Of a stretch of DNA of 43,869 nt, positions 8,279 through 18,446 are shown piece after piece; positions within the stretch are counted from its first letter, which is position 1; the number at the start of each line of letters is the position of its first letter. The DNA is taken from contig JBLIRN010000024.1 in NCBI GenBank assembly GCA_049472315.1, positions 1 through 43,869 of the forward strand. The letters are read 5' to 3'. Position numbers and translations under genes: made by a program. Origin of the DNA: a bacterium. Its GTDB lineage: Bacteria; SZUA-182; DTGQ01; JAFGSM01. The notes under the pieces were generated by a model. The model had not been told where the DNA came from. It saw only the letters and a program-made list of their open reading frames with translations, and did not search any database.

Positions 8279-10675
8279 TCAGTATGACCACCAGGGTTTC
8301 ACTTCCACAAAGAGCCTCATTATCGCATAACCGCCCCGGATGTCGTAGAAGATGACCTCCAGGTTGTAAGTCCCCGGGAAGTTGCTCTGGAATGTCCACA
8401 TGAAACCGCCGTCCGCGGTCTGACCAACGGAGCCGATATTGCACGATGCATAGAGCTGATCCCCGTCAGGGTCCGTGACAATGAAGTCGGGTGATCCGAT
8501 CATGACCTCTTCACCCACCTTGACCACAACCGGTCTGGTCGGGCACCCCTCGATGAAGGGTGGATGGTTGAGCCACGTGCCGCGGGTCACGATCAGCAGC
8601 GGGAAGTCCTCGAACCCGATCGCCCCGCGGGAGTCGGTGCAGGTGATCAGGGCGGTATAGCGGCCCTCGAATTTCGGCGTGAATCTGATCAGCCCGCTGC
8701 ACGGGTCGATCATGTCTTCGATCCAGGGCCCGTATTGATACGATGGCATACCGTTGAGGTTCATCCGGTACACGAGGGTGTCCTGATCGTTCCGAATCTG
8801 GCTCCAGTCGTTCACCGGGAAGCCGGGCAGATGGGTGGTCGCGGGTGTACCGCCCTGGAACTGCGCCATGGAGAAGACGAAGCAGTCCGGATCGATGAAC
8901 TTGATCAGGTACTCGCTTGGCTCACCCACATAGAAGATCTTCGGTGACGCATAGATCTGCACGATCGGGCCATAGTTCTCGACCGGGTAGTTGACCACGG
9001 ACATGGGGATGGTCCGCACATCCGACCGTCTGCCGTCCGTCACCTCGATGGTGAGGATCAGATCCTCGAAATACTGCGGGGTGTAATCCATGTAGGCGAC
9101 GTTGGGCCACAGGGTTACCCCTGAGTTCCAGAGCGCCGACTCCAGCATCCAGCAGAGGACCGGGCCGTAGTGGGGTTTGCCATGTGCCTTTATTGCGGCG
9201 ATGCCCGAATAGTAGGAGGGTATGTAGGTGGGAACCCCGTCGAAGGGATTGACCGGCAACGGCTGTACCAGGAATGCCTGAATGGCGTTTGCACCGTATC
9301 CGTTCACGGTCACGTTCCATCCAAGTGTGCCCTGGCCCTTCAGATCATCCACCTTGTCTCCCCCGATCCTCAGCACCGGATCGGAGAACACGGGCAGGGT
9401 GGCGTCGATGGAGAAGCCCTCCCGTATGTACTGTTCCGCAACGGGATCGGCGGTGCCGTAATCGGGATCTCCGGGAAACCACCGGTCGAAGTAGTTCGGG
9501 TCATACGCAGGGTGATTGGCGTCGATCACGTGATAGTTCGGGTCGAGTGCGAGGAGATCGGCGACCCAGGCATCCCGTATCTCGTTCGGATCGAGTATGA
9601 AATTGTCGACGTCGAGCATGAAATCGGTGATGATCTGGCGTTTTCCCAGGTGGGGGATGTCGGTCTTTGCCTGGTAATCCGCCATGAACAGGTACCGGTA
9701 GGGCTCGAAGATCTGTGCGAACAGGGGGCCGATTTCAAAGAAATCAGGCTGATCGATCCTTGTGTAGTCCGTTTTCCTGAACATGATGTCGTCCAGACGG
9801 AACATCTGGCCCCCGGTCATGACCATGGTGGCGGAGCCGAACTCCCACCCTGCTGGGACCGAGCCGCTATGGGCCTTTTCGTTGATCTCGTTGAGGTCCA
9901 GCCAGATGGTGTGCCATGAGCCGTCAAGGAAATTGCGGCCGATGTCCACCTGGATCACCATGGGTGAGTTCGACGATCCGTCCTGGAGCATGCGGGCCTC
10001 ATAGGTGCCCATGTTCGCCGTTGAATTGCCCGCGGCTCGGCTTCCTGCGCTAGGCTCTACAGGCCGTATCTGGATGAGGAAGGCCCTGTCGTCGTCCGTC
10101 CCTCCGCTGCCATCCGCACCCAGCGTGGTTCCGTGCACCTGGAATTCGAAGATGTCCCAGGGTTCGATGCCCAGGGGCGCCCTGAATTTCATGCTCAACA
10201 CCCCATATGCGGTCCCGTCGTTGGGGTCCAGGTTGATCCCTGCGCTGCCTTGGGTATTTTCAGCGGTAGGGGGGGTGAAGAGAAACAGGGAGATGTAGTG
10301 CTTCTCGTAGGGTGTGCCGAGCAGGAATATGGAGGCAGGACGATATACGTCAAGCACACGGCTCCCCTCTTGCAGGTCCAGCACCGTGTTGAAGATGGTC
10401 GCATACCCCATGCCGAATCCATACACCGGGTAGGCGGGTTCTGATTGCCGCCACCCATGGTTGTACGGGCTGTCCCAGTATTCGAAGTTGTCAACCAGGA
10501 TGTCCCCGGTGGTGATACTGGTGGTGGGCACCTGGAGGGGTTGGCTTAAAAAGGCCGGGAACTGCCACACTGCACCGGTTCCGGGGAATTGAGCCGTGGC
10601 TGTGTACGGCATAACTGCCAGGTATACGATTGCAACAATACATATAATAAGGACTCTTTTGTATAACTTCATCAT
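8279..10675 (-). CDS. Large secreted protein (798 aa) with N-terminal CBM-like region and C-terminal Ig/cadherin-like domains
   Basis: RBS GAGGTG. Signal peptide ends TATA-Q. LVDNFE..GW and DGSWHTIWLDL segments; NYGP..FIDPD and NHPP..VTDPDGDQL repeats; ends KPWWSY. Confidence 0.85.
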   Translation of the reverse strand: MMKLYKRVLIICIVAIVYLAVMPYTATAQFPGTGAVWQFPAFLSQPLQVPTTSITTGDILVDNFEYWDSPYNHGWRQSEPAYPVYGFGMGYATIFNTVLDLQEGSRVLDVYRPASIFLLGTPYEKHYISLFLFTPPTAENTQGSAGINLDPNDGTAYGVLSMKFRAPLGIEPWDIFEFQVHGTTLGADGSGGTDDDRAFLIQIRPVEPSAGSRAAGNSTANMGTYEARMLQDGSSNSPMVIQVDIGRNFLDGSWHTIWLDLNEINEKAHSGSVPAGWEFGSATMVMTGGQMFRLDDIMFRKTDYTRIDQPDFFEIGPLFAQIFEPYRYLFMADYQAKTDIPHLGKRQIITDFMLDVDNFILDPNEIRDAWVADLLALDPNYHVIDANHPAYDPNYFDRWFPGDPDYGTADPVAEQYIREGFSIDATLPVFSDPVLRIGGDKVDDLKGQGTLGWNVTVNGYGANAIQAFLVQPLPVNPFDGVPTYIPSYYSGIAAIKAHGKPHYGPVLCWMLESALWNSGVTLWPNVAYMDYTPQYFEDLILTIEVTDGRRSDVRTIPMSVVNYPVENYGPIVQIYASPKIFYVGEPSEYLIKFIDPDCFVFSMAQFQGGTPATTHLPGFPVNDWSQIRNDQDTLVYRMNLNGMPSYQYGPWIEDMIDPCSGLIRFTPKFEGRYTALITCTDSRGAIGFEDFPLLIVTRGTWLNHPPFIEGCPTRPVVVKVGEEVMIGSPDFIVTDPDGDQLYASCNIGSVGQTADGGFMWTFQSNFPGTYNLEVIFYDIRGGYAIMRLFVEVKPWWSY

Positions 10676-10712
10676 TGCAACACCTCGCTTCCGATAACAA
10701 TCCAGTTTCTGG

Positions 10713-11102
10713 TTACTGCAACAATACCCAACTCAGATAGAACGCCGGGTCGCCGTATGCATAGGTTGGATAATCGAACCGCGCATAGGGGATCGGGGTG
10801 CCCGGCAGGGTGGTGTACGGGAATGTGGTCTGATAGGGTGAACCGAAATACGGGTAGGTGGGTATCCCGAGGGATGTATATGCAAGGGCCGCATCAGGGG
10901 TCAGGAACGGGCTGAACGGTGCATATCCGAGCAGGTACCCGTTGATGGTGTTGAAATAGCCATAGCCTGAATAGAAGAGCGGATTCGTATAGTAATACGA
11001 TGTTGGGAAAACCTGGGCCGTGGCCGTCGCCCCGGCAAGCAGCACTCCTGCCATGAACATCGTGATACATATCCATACTATCAAAAACCTGTTATCCTTC
11101 AT
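10713..11102 (-). CDS. Secreted Tyr/Pro-rich low-complexity protein (129 aa)
   Basis: RBS GGAGG 6 nt before ATG 11102. Signal peptide ends ATATA-Q. 18 Tyr in the 100-aa mature region. Confidence 0.85.
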   Translation of the reverse strand: MKDNRFLIVWICITMFMAGVLLAGATATAQVFPTSYYYTNPLFYSGYGYFNTINGYLLGYAPFSPFLTPDAALAYTSLGIPTYPYFGSPYQTTFPYTTLPGTPIPYARFDYPTYAYGDPAFYLSWVLLQ

Positions 11103-11336
11103 TGTCGTCCTCCAAACCTTATTGCAAATAATAAAGGCTTTCATCTGACAATCGGTTTTCATCCAAGGAATCGGGTTTCATCAACATAAACAGGATTCAT
11201 TCAAAACCTCCACTTATTGAATTCGTCGGCCCCTCGCTCTATATGGCCCGATCCATTCCAAGAGAGAGCCCTCGGTCAGTGTGACAGGCCCTCATGGAGG
11301 ATAAATAGGCGGTAGTAAACGATAGAGCCCTTAATG

Positions 11337-11421
11337 TGGGATCACCTCCTTCTGCAATGGGTATGGATGCATCCTCATGCACCGTATGTACGATATCGGT
11401 ACCTTCTGGAATCACCTCCTC
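11337..11421 (-). promoter_or_regulatory. Two orphan extended Shine-Dalgarno motifs in a long leader
   Basis: AGAAGGAGGTGATCCCA (11337-11353) and GAGGAGGTGATTCCA (11407-11421), with no ATG at RBS spacing. Confidence 0.5.
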
Positions 11422-12053
11422 GTGTATCTGAAATGGATTAATTGGACATAAAAGGGACGAAGAAATCCTGTGACAGTAAAGGAACCCCTACGCCTCGAAG
11501 GGCGCGCAGGGGGATTATTTCCGGGGATGACGGGAACGGGATCGAGACGCCGTTCAGTCGCCACACACGTGCGGCCACAAATACCCGAAAGGGGGCCAAA
11601 AGAGAGACGAACCAGTTGATCATAAAGGTGTCCTCTTTTCCGCATCATCACTGGGAGGGAGTACCTTCCTCACTTCGTGGATGCGGTTTTCATCATACGC
11701 TCTATAACCTCTGTGCCTTCCCCCCCAACAGTTTTTTTAATACAAACAATTATGTATCCGTATTATTCCTGTTAAACAAATTTATTATCTATTTTAACAC
11801 ATAGATTTTATAATTGAAAGAGGAATATGAAGAATGCCTTGTATAATAAGCAGATTCCCTATGCCACAGAAACCTCAGGGGAGCCTTATCAATGCCGGTG
11901 AATATTGCATCAGGAAATAAACATGCCTGCGTGTGGCATGGCTTGGAGGTTTACAATCGGAATTGCTTCAGTGAGGGCTTGAGTAAAGGAAGGGGATACG
12001 TATAGAATGAAAAGGGAGGGATCAGTGTGACCATACACCGGAGGAAGGGACCA

Positions 12054-12467
12054 ATGACCGCACATATCCATCATATAGGCATCATGACCGACAATCCCGA
12101 AAAGATGGTGGCATTCTATACCGAGAAGCTCGGCTTTCAGGCGGGACCGACCATGCTGGTTCCTGAAAACTTGATTGCAAGGATCTTTGAATTCTCCAGC
12201 CCATGTTCCTTGACCAAACTTTCCTACGGGAGGGTTATCGTGGAGATCATTTCGCCGGAAGGCACTGTCTTGGGGGGTCACGAGGTGCCCGCCGCCGGAT
12301 ACAATCACTGGGGATTCGGGGTGGAGGATGCAGAGGGTTTCTGCCGGCAACTCACCACGAAGGGGGTGGAGGTTATAAGGGCCGCGAAAAACGGCCGTTT
12401 TGTCAATTTTGTCAGGGATCCCGACGGTAACCTTATCGAGATTTACCAAGCTCGGGAAGAGGGGTGA
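12054..12467 (+). CDS. VOC/glyoxalase family protein
   Basis: IHHIGIMT..FYTEKLGF, NHWGFGV and FVRDPDGNLIEI. RBS GGAGGAAGGGA. Confidence 0.92.
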   Translation: MTAHIHHIGIMTDNPEKMVAFYTEKLGFQAGPTMLVPENLIARIFEFSSPCSLTKLSYGRVIVEIISPEGTVLGGHEVPAAGYNHWGFGVEDAEGFCRQLTTKGVEVIRAAKNGRFVNFVRDPDGNLIEIYQAREEG

Positions 12468-12470
12468 GCC

Positions 12471-13484
12471 ATGCTCAAGGAGGCCATGTTTTATAAAGCC
12501 CTTTCCGAAGGGGTGGTGGAATGTCATCTGTGTAGCCACCGGTGTCGTATCGCGCCTTCCAAATTCGGATTCTGCGGGGTACGGCAAAACAGGGAGGGAA
12601 AGCTGGTCACCCATGTATACGGAGGGGTTATCGCGGCACATATCGATCCCATAGAGAAAAAACCGCTGTACCATTATCTGCCGGGCACCGTCACCTTCTC
12701 CATTGCCACCATAGGGTGCAATTTTCACTGTACCTTTTGCCAGAACTGGCAGATTTCGCAGACATCCGCCCGGGATGGACGGGATCTGGCCGGACATCCG
12801 CTCTCACCTCAGGATGCGGTTGATCAGGCAACCGCACACGACTGCCGGAGCATCTCCTACACCTATACAGAGCCGACCATATTTTTCGAGTATGCCTTTG
12901 ACATTGCACAGATCGCCCATGACAAGGGGCTGGGAAACATATTCGTGACCAACGGGTATATGGGCCCTGAGGCGCTCGAGACCATAAGCCCCTTCCTTGA
13001 TGCATGTAACGTTGACCTCAAATCATTTCGCGATGAATACTACGTCGACCTGTGCAAGGCACACCTGCAGCCTGTACTGGACTCGATCCGCCTGATGAAG
13101 ATGCTTCATATCTGGGTGGAGGTAACCACCCTGGTCGTTCCCGGGGAGAATGACTCGGACGATGAGCTCAATGGTCTTGCCGATTTCATCGCCTCGGTGG
13201 ACCGCGATATTCCCTGGCACATAAGCCGCTTCCATCCGGACTATCAGTTGACCGACAGGGGGCCCACACCACTGGAGACCCTCCAGCGGGCGGTCGATGC
13301 CGGGAAAAGGGCGGGCCTGCATTACATTTACATGGGTAATGTCGCGGGGATCTCGGACGATACCCTTTGCCCGCATTGCCGGGAACCCCTCATTCACCGG
13401 CGTGGGTTCGCGGTGCTGGAAAACAGGGTGGCGGGTTCCTCCTGCCCCTACTGCGGAAAGGAGATTCCGGGCATTTTCTCATAA
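12471..13484 (+). CDS. amrS: AmmeMemoRadiSam system radical SAM enzyme
   Basis: N-terminal CHLCSHRC..FCGVR, DPIEKKPLYH, CNFHCTFCQNWQIS, YTYTEP and C-terminal CPHC/CPYC. Confidence 0.95.
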   Translation: MLKEAMFYKALSEGVVECHLCSHRCRIAPSKFGFCGVRQNREGKLVTHVYGGVIAAHIDPIEKKPLYHYLPGTVTFSIATIGCNFHCTFCQNWQISQTSARDGRDLAGHPLSPQDAVDQATAHDCRSISYTYTEPTIFFEYAFDIAQIAHDKGLGNIFVTNGYMGPEALETISPFLDACNVDLKSFRDEYYVDLCKAHLQPVLDSIRLMKMLHIWVEVTTLVVPGENDSDDELNGLADFIASVDRDIPWHISRFHPDYQLTDRGPTPLETLQRAVDAGKRAGLHYIYMGNVAGISDDTLCPHCREPLIHRRGFAVLENRVAGSSCPYCGKEIPGIFS

Positions 13485-13674
13485 CGACCGCATTGTGCCA
13501 TCATCGGCCGAGGGTGCCGTGCAGGGGATCCATTTCCGTTCGAATGGGGGTTGATTGCCGATATATATGTATTAATGGATACCTCTCGCGAATGATTGAC
13601 AAGACAGCTCATTTATAATTAAATCAATGGTGACCCGGAAAATTCATCCATAACCATCATGGAAAGGAGGGGGG

Positions 13675-14211
13675 ATGATGAAGAGGGTTCTTTTCGTGCT
13701 GTTGGTCCTTGCCGTAACGGCATCGATGCTGCTGTGCCATACCCCGGCGCTCCGGGCCCTGGAGTCCGAAATGGGGGACGAGCCTGCCACCTTTGAGGAG
13801 CCTGTCCTGGAAGAGGAGGCCGAGGAAGAGGCCGCTCCGTTGGAGCAGACCGCATCACTGACCGAACCTGCCCCGATGAAGGCCCCTGCGGTGGAGGTTT
13901 CCCGCATGGCGATCTGTACGAATATCGTTGACCGTGAGCCGGTTGAGGAAGGCGAGCGCTTCCAGGTGTCCGTGGGAAGGCTCTATGCCTTTACCCAGGT
14001 CCTGGGTGCAAAGGATTTCGTGGAGATCGGGCATGTATGGTACTTCAATGATGTGGAGCGCGCACGGATTACGCTGCCGGTGCGTTCCGCCAGTTGGCGT
14101 ACCTATAGCTCGAAGATAATTCAGCCCTTTGAGATCGGTGACTGGAGGGTGGACGTGGTCGATCCCCAGGGTGAGGTTTTGAAGTCGGTGTCGTTCCAGG
14201 TGATCAAGTAG
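13675..14211 (+). CDS. DUF2914 domain secreted protein
   Basis: Signal peptide, acidic linker, then IVDREP..LYAFT..HVWY..SASWRTYSSK..GDWRVDV. Confidence 0.88.
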   Translation: MMKRVLFVLLVLAVTASMLLCHTPALRALESEMGDEPATFEEPVLEEEAEEEAAPLEQTASLTEPAPMKAPAVEVSRMAICTNIVDREPVEEGERFQVSVGRLYAFTQVLGAKDFVEIGHVWYFNDVERARITLPVRSASWRTYSSKIIQPFEIGDWRVDVVDPQGEVLKSVSFQVIK

Positions 14212-14437
14212 TACTCCCTGCCTGCCGTTGGCTCCTTGGGCCACTGCAGGAAAAAAGAGGGAGATTGTTCACGGAGGGTCGTTCCCTGAGCCTTCTCAGG
14301 GTGCGACCCTTTTTTGGTTTCCAGGGGTTCGAATGCCTGAAGCGAATCCATTAAAAAATATTTTACAGGAGATATCCCGCAGGTTGCCGGGGTGAGGTGT
14401 GTGTGCCTGAAAAGAGAGTCGCTTGGGCCTGCGATCC

Positions 14438-15538
14438 CTATTCGATATACCCCAGTTGGGTGAGCTGCTCGCGGAGCACGTCGTGTCCTTCGGATGCCTC
14501 GAACACCTTGTATTCCTTGAAATGTATATATGTTTCCTGACGTTCCTGCCACTGTTTCCTCAGAAACGCGCCCTTGTTTTCAATGGCCCGTATACTGACA
14601 CCGTCCAGATCGACGTATATCTCGTAGAAGCCCCCCCGGAAGTGAATGCGTTTGATAATGCCCGGGAAGGCGTTTCCCTCCCCAGGTTGATCCATGAGGA
14701 TCACATCCTCGGGACGCACCAGCAGGACGGTGTCGCCGTCGTTGAGGGTTTCCTCGCCGGCTGCGGATAATCGATAATCGGTCCCCTTGATGAACAGGTT
14801 GTTCTGCCTGATGATCGCGTTGATGATGTTGACGTTCCCGATAAAGCTCGCCACAAACCGGCTCTTGGGATATTCGTACACCTCCTGGGCGCTCCCCACC
14901 TGCTCGACCCTTCCCCGGTTGATGACCACGATTTTATCGGAGATCTCGATGGCCTCGTTCTGATCGTGGGTGACAAATATGCTTGTAATATTTAGCTTTT
15001 CGTGGAGATCCTTCAACCATTGTGCCAGGTTACCCCTGACCTTTGCATCCAGTGCCCCGAAGGGTTCGTCCAGGAGGAGCACCCTCGGCTCGGTGGCGAG
15101 GGTCCGGGCGAGGGCGACCCGCTGGCGCTGGCCCCCGGATAGCTGAGAGGGATAGTGCCGTTCATACCCGTTGAGCCTGACCAGGTGGATGAGCTCCCGC
15201 ACCCGCTCCCGTATCTCCTTTCTTTTCCTGCGCTGTATTTCGAGGCCGAAGGCGATGTTCTTCTCAACGGTCATGTGTTTGAACAGTGCGTAGTGCTGGA
15301 ATACGAACCCGATCTTTCTCTTTTGCGTGGATACGTGGGTCACATTGTCGCCGGTAAGGTAGATGATGCCCGAATCGGGCTTTTCAAGACCCGCAATGAT
15401 CCTCAGAATGGTGCTTTTGCCGGAGCCGCTCGGCCCGAGCAGGGCGACCAGTTCCCCCTCCTTGATCTCAAAACTCACATTGTCCACGGCAACGAAATCC
15501 CCGAACTTCTTGTATAGGTTTTTGATGACGATGCCCAT
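14438..15538 (-). CDS. cysA: Sulfate ABC transporter ATP-binding protein
   Basis: GPSGSGKS, FVFQHYALFKHMTV, LSGGQRQRVALAR, LLLDEPFGALD and a TOBE tail. Confidence 0.95.
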   Translation of the reverse strand: MGIVIKNLYKKFGDFVAVDNVSFEIKEGELVALLGPSGSGKSTILRIIAGLEKPDSGIIYLTGDNVTHVSTQKRKIGFVFQHYALFKHMTVEKNIAFGLEIQRRKRKEIRERVRELIHLVRLNGYERHYPSQLSGGQRQRVALARTLATEPRVLLLDEPFGALDAKVRGNLAQWLKDLHEKLNITSIFVTHDQNEAIEISDKIVVINRGRVEQVGSAQEVYEYPKSRFVASFIGNVNIINAIIRQNNLFIKGTDYRLSAAGEETLNDGDTVLLVRPEDVILMDQPGEGNAFPGIIKRIHFRGGFYEIYVDLDGVSIRAIENKGAFLRKQWQERQETYIHFKEYKVFEASEGHDVLREQLTQLGYIE

Positions 15539-15540
15539 TG

Positions 15541-16383
15541 CTACCTCGATTCCTTCCGTGAATAGATGAGTTTCATGGTGATTAGCAGGGAAAACGAGAG
15601 GAACGCCAGGACGATCGCGGCAGAAAACGCCCCTGCATAATTGAAATCGGTAAATTGCTGATGGATGAGTAAGGTGGCTGTTTGCGTCCTGTTGATGATG
15701 CTCCCGCTCACCACGAGCACGGCGCCGAATTCACCGATGGAGCGCGCCATGGTGAGGGTGGTCCCGTAGATAAGTCCCCACTTTATCGACGGGAGGGTGA
15801 CCTTCCAGAAGGTTTGCCATTTGGACGCCCCGAGGATGCTGGCCGCCTCCTCCTGATCCAGGCCGAATTCCTTCAGCACGGGGATGACCTCCCTCGCCAC
15901 GAAGGGAAGGGTGACGAAGAGGGTGGCGATGATCATGCCGGGGAGCGCATAGATGATCTTGATGTTGCGGGCCTCGAACCATCTCCCGATCCAGCCGTGG
16001 GGCCCGAAGAGGATGACAAACATGAAGCCTGCAACCACCGGCGAGACGGCGAACGGCAGGTCGAGGAGGCCTTCCACGCAGAGCTTCCCCCTGAAATCCT
16101 GTTTTACCAATACCAGTGCCAGGATTATCCCGAGCAGCGTATTGATGACGATGGCGGAGACCGTGATGATGCTGGTCAACCAGAAGGCGTGGCGTGCCTC
16201 CGGGGTGGTGATGGAGGAGAAAAACACGGAGAATCCATTGACGACAACCTGCTTCAAGATCCCGGAGATGGGGACGATGATCATCACCAGGAACCAGGAG
16301 ATCACCGCGAGGATCAGGAAATTTTTCCCGAGCCTTCCGGATTTGCGGTCCAGCCTGAGAACCATGTCACGCTGTTTTTTCAT
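15541..16383 (-). CDS. cysW: Sulfate ABC transporter permease CysW
   Basis: DLPFAVSPVVAG, TLPFVAREVIP, EEAA..LGAS and ARSIGEFGAV. Start MKKQRD overlaps the cysT end. Confidence 0.93.
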   Translation of the reverse strand: MKKQRDMVLRLDRKSGRLGKNFLILAVISWFLVMIIVPISGILKQVVVNGFSVFFSSITTPEARHAFWLTSIITVSAIVINTLLGIILALVLVKQDFRGKLCVEGLLDLPFAVSPVVAGFMFVILFGPHGWIGRWFEARNIKIIYALPGMIIATLFVTLPFVAREVIPVLKEFGLDQEEAASILGASKWQTFWKVTLPSIKWGLIYGTTLTMARSIGEFGAVLVVSGSIINRTQTATLLIHQQFTDFNYAGAFSAAIVLAFLSFSLLITMKLIYSRKESR

Positions 16384-17221
16384 ACCGTCTGCTCCAGTTT
16401 TGTAACAGATGCAAGAGGACGAGAATGAGGAAGGAGGAAAGGAGCAAGATGACCGAAACCCCCAATGCCCCCTGTATATTGTAGCTTTCGATCTCACCGT
16501 ATATGTATACGGACGCAACCTGGGTCTTGAAGGGGATGTTGCCGGCAACGATGACGATGGAGCCGAATTCACCGAGCGCCCTGCTGAAGGAGAGGGCCGC
16601 CCCGGTCAGGATCGCGGGTATCAGGGCGGGGAGAACGATCCTGAAGAATATGGTAAGGGGGGATGCCCCGAGGGTTTGTGCCGCCTCTTCCATGTCTTTA
16701 TCCATCTCCAGGAGCACCGGCTGCACGGAGCGTACCACGAAGGGGAAGGAGACGAAGAGAAGCGCCAGTATGATCCCGGGCGTGTTGAAGATGATCTCGA
16801 TGCCGTATTTCCCCAGCAGGTTCCCGATGATGCTTTTCGGTCCGTAGAGCACCACGAGCATGATGCCGGTAACCACCGTGGGTATTGCGAACGGGAGGTC
16901 GATCAGGGAGTCCATGATGTTCTTGAACGGAAAGTCATACCGCACCAGCACCCAGGCGGTGGCCGTGCCGGTGACGATGTTGATGAGCACCATGACGATG
17001 GCCATCCCAAAGGTGATCTTGAGTGAATGAAGGGCCTGCGGGAGGGTGATGTTCGCCCACAGGTTGGCAAGCCCCCCGCGAAATGATGCCGCGGTGATGG
17101 CCACGATGGGCAGGAACACGAGCAGCCCTATGTAGCTGAAGGCAAGCCCTCTCAGGATGGCGTCACCCGGGTCGATCTTCTTGGAATTCGTTCTAACGGT
17201 TCCTGGCGATCTCCTCAACAA
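16367..17221 (-). CDS. cysT: Sulfate ABC transporter permease CysT
   Basis: AWVLVRYDFP, DLPFAIPTVVTG, PFVVRSVQPVL and RALGEFGS. TTG start is uncertain. Confidence 0.93.
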   Translation of the reverse strand: MLRRSPGTVRTNSKKIDPGDAILRGLAFSYIGLLVFLPIVAITAASFRGGLANLWANITLPQALHSLKITFGMAIVMVLINIVTGTATAWVLVRYDFPFKNIMDSLIDLPFAIPTVVTGIMLVVLYGPKSIIGNLLGKYGIEIIFNTPGIILALLFVSFPFVVRSVQPVLLEMDKDMEEAAQTLGASPLTIFFRIVLPALIPAILTGAALSFSRALGEFGSIVIVAGNIPFKTQVASVYIYGEIESYNIQGALGVSVILLLSSFLILVLLHLLQNWSRRYEKTA

Positions 17222-18233
17222 TCTTCCCCCACACCCCTTCCTGGCTGAAAAGATTCTTCTCTACCTCGTCCCATCCGCCGAGGTACTGAATGTCGAAAAG
17301 GTGCGGGGGCACCGGATACTCTGCTGCGTATCTCTCCTCCACGTCCTCCCTGAGCGGCCTGAAGCCATACTGGGCAAATGCGGATTGGGCCCGCTCCGAC
17401 CAAAGAAATTCAACGAATGCCTCCGCCGCCCTTCGGTTGTTGTGCTTGTCCACGTTTACATCAATGAGTGCTGCCGGGTTTTCGATGAGGATGGTCTCAT
17501 CGGGGATGATGAAGGGGAATTCCTTTCCCTCCTTCTGGCGTAATTTCGCCTCGTTTTCATAGGTTACCAGGGCATCACCCACCCCGTTTTCGAAGGTGGT
17601 GACCGAGGCGCGTCCCGATTTGTCCATTACCTTCACCTGCTTCTGAATGGATTTCAGGAGCCAGCGGGCATAGTCCGCATCCGGGTTCCCGGTATCCTTT
17701 TCCGTGAGCTTCAATCCTGCCCCGTAGATCGCATTGACGCACCACATGGCGCCGCCCGAGGTCTTCGGGCTCGGGTAGAGGACCTCCACCTCCCTGCGCG
17801 TCAAATCGATCCAGTTTCGTATCTTTTTGGGATTCCCCGGACGATGGGCAATCACCACGACCGACCGGGTGACAAATCCCTGGTAAGGGTTTGCCTTCCA
17901 GTCATGGGTGATAAGCCCGGCCTCCTTGAGACGGTTGACATCCTTCGCCAGGGAGAGGGCGGCAACATCCGCCTCGAATCCGCCGGCTATTGCCCGCGAT
18001 TGTGCGCCGGAGGCGATATAGGACTCTTCGAACCGTACCTCTTCGCCGGTCTTCTTTTTCCAATACTCCTTGAAGGAGGGGATGATTTCCCGCTGATATA
18101 CCTCCTTGACCACTGTATATGCCCCCAGGGTCAGGGTGGCCTCCTTGGAGACCGTACCGGATCTTTGATTGCTGCATCCCGGGGTCATCACGAGGAAAAG
18201 CATGAGAACGGCGAAGGTCTTTTTCATAGTCAT
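17193..18233 (-). CDS. sbp: Sulfate ABC transporter substrate-binding lipoprotein
   Basis: Lipobox-like TPGC, SGAQSRAI..GFEADV, PKTSGGAMW, GDALVTYENE and ILIENP. Confidence 0.95.
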   Translation of the reverse strand: MTMKKTFAVLMLFLVMTPGCSNQRSGTVSKEATLTLGAYTVVKEVYQREIIPSFKEYWKKKTGEEVRFEESYIASGAQSRAIAGGFEADVAALSLAKDVNRLKEAGLITHDWKANPYQGFVTRSVVVIAHRPGNPKKIRNWIDLTRREVEVLYPSPKTSGGAMWCVNAIYGAGLKLTEKDTGNPDADYARWLLKSIQKQVKVMDKSGRASVTTFENGVGDALVTYENEAKLRQKEGKEFPFIIPDETILIENPAALIDVNVDKHNNRRAAEAFVEFLWSERAQSAFAQYGFRPLREDVEERYAAEYPVPPHLFDIQYLGGWDEVEKNLFSQEGVWGKIVEEIARNR

Positions 18234-18433
18234 TCCTCCTACCTTGTTAGCACTCCGAGTTTATACATGCCAAAGACTTCGTGAAAATATCCGTACCTCA
18301 TTGATCGCACAGGTGATTGTGCGTCAATGTTCCATGCATCACGCGGATGGATTTCATGACCATCCATACAACGTGAAGCCTTTTAAAATAACAGCGCAGC
18401 ATGTGCAGGAATAATGATAAGCAAGATTCATAA

Positions 18434-18446
18434 TATCAATAAATTA
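18434..18446 (+). promoter_or_regulatory. Putative IHF binding site upstream of sbp
   Basis: TATCAATAAATTA matches WATCAANNNNTTR in an AT-rich intergenic tract. Confidence 0.35.

Noticed and set aside
11339..11353. GGATCACCTCCTTCT as a 16S rRNA 3'-end fragment
   Set aside because: Flanks lack any other 16S sequence. Better read as a minus-strand SD-like motif.
11460..11690. c-di-GMP-I or c-di-AMP (ydaO) riboswitch in the long leader
   Set aside because: Hairpins and short look-alike words are present but in the wrong order or strand. An Rfam scan would be needed to exclude it fully.
14300..14340. tRNA suggested by GGGGTTCGAATGCC
   Set aside because: Only a T-arm-like word; no cloverleaf can be built.
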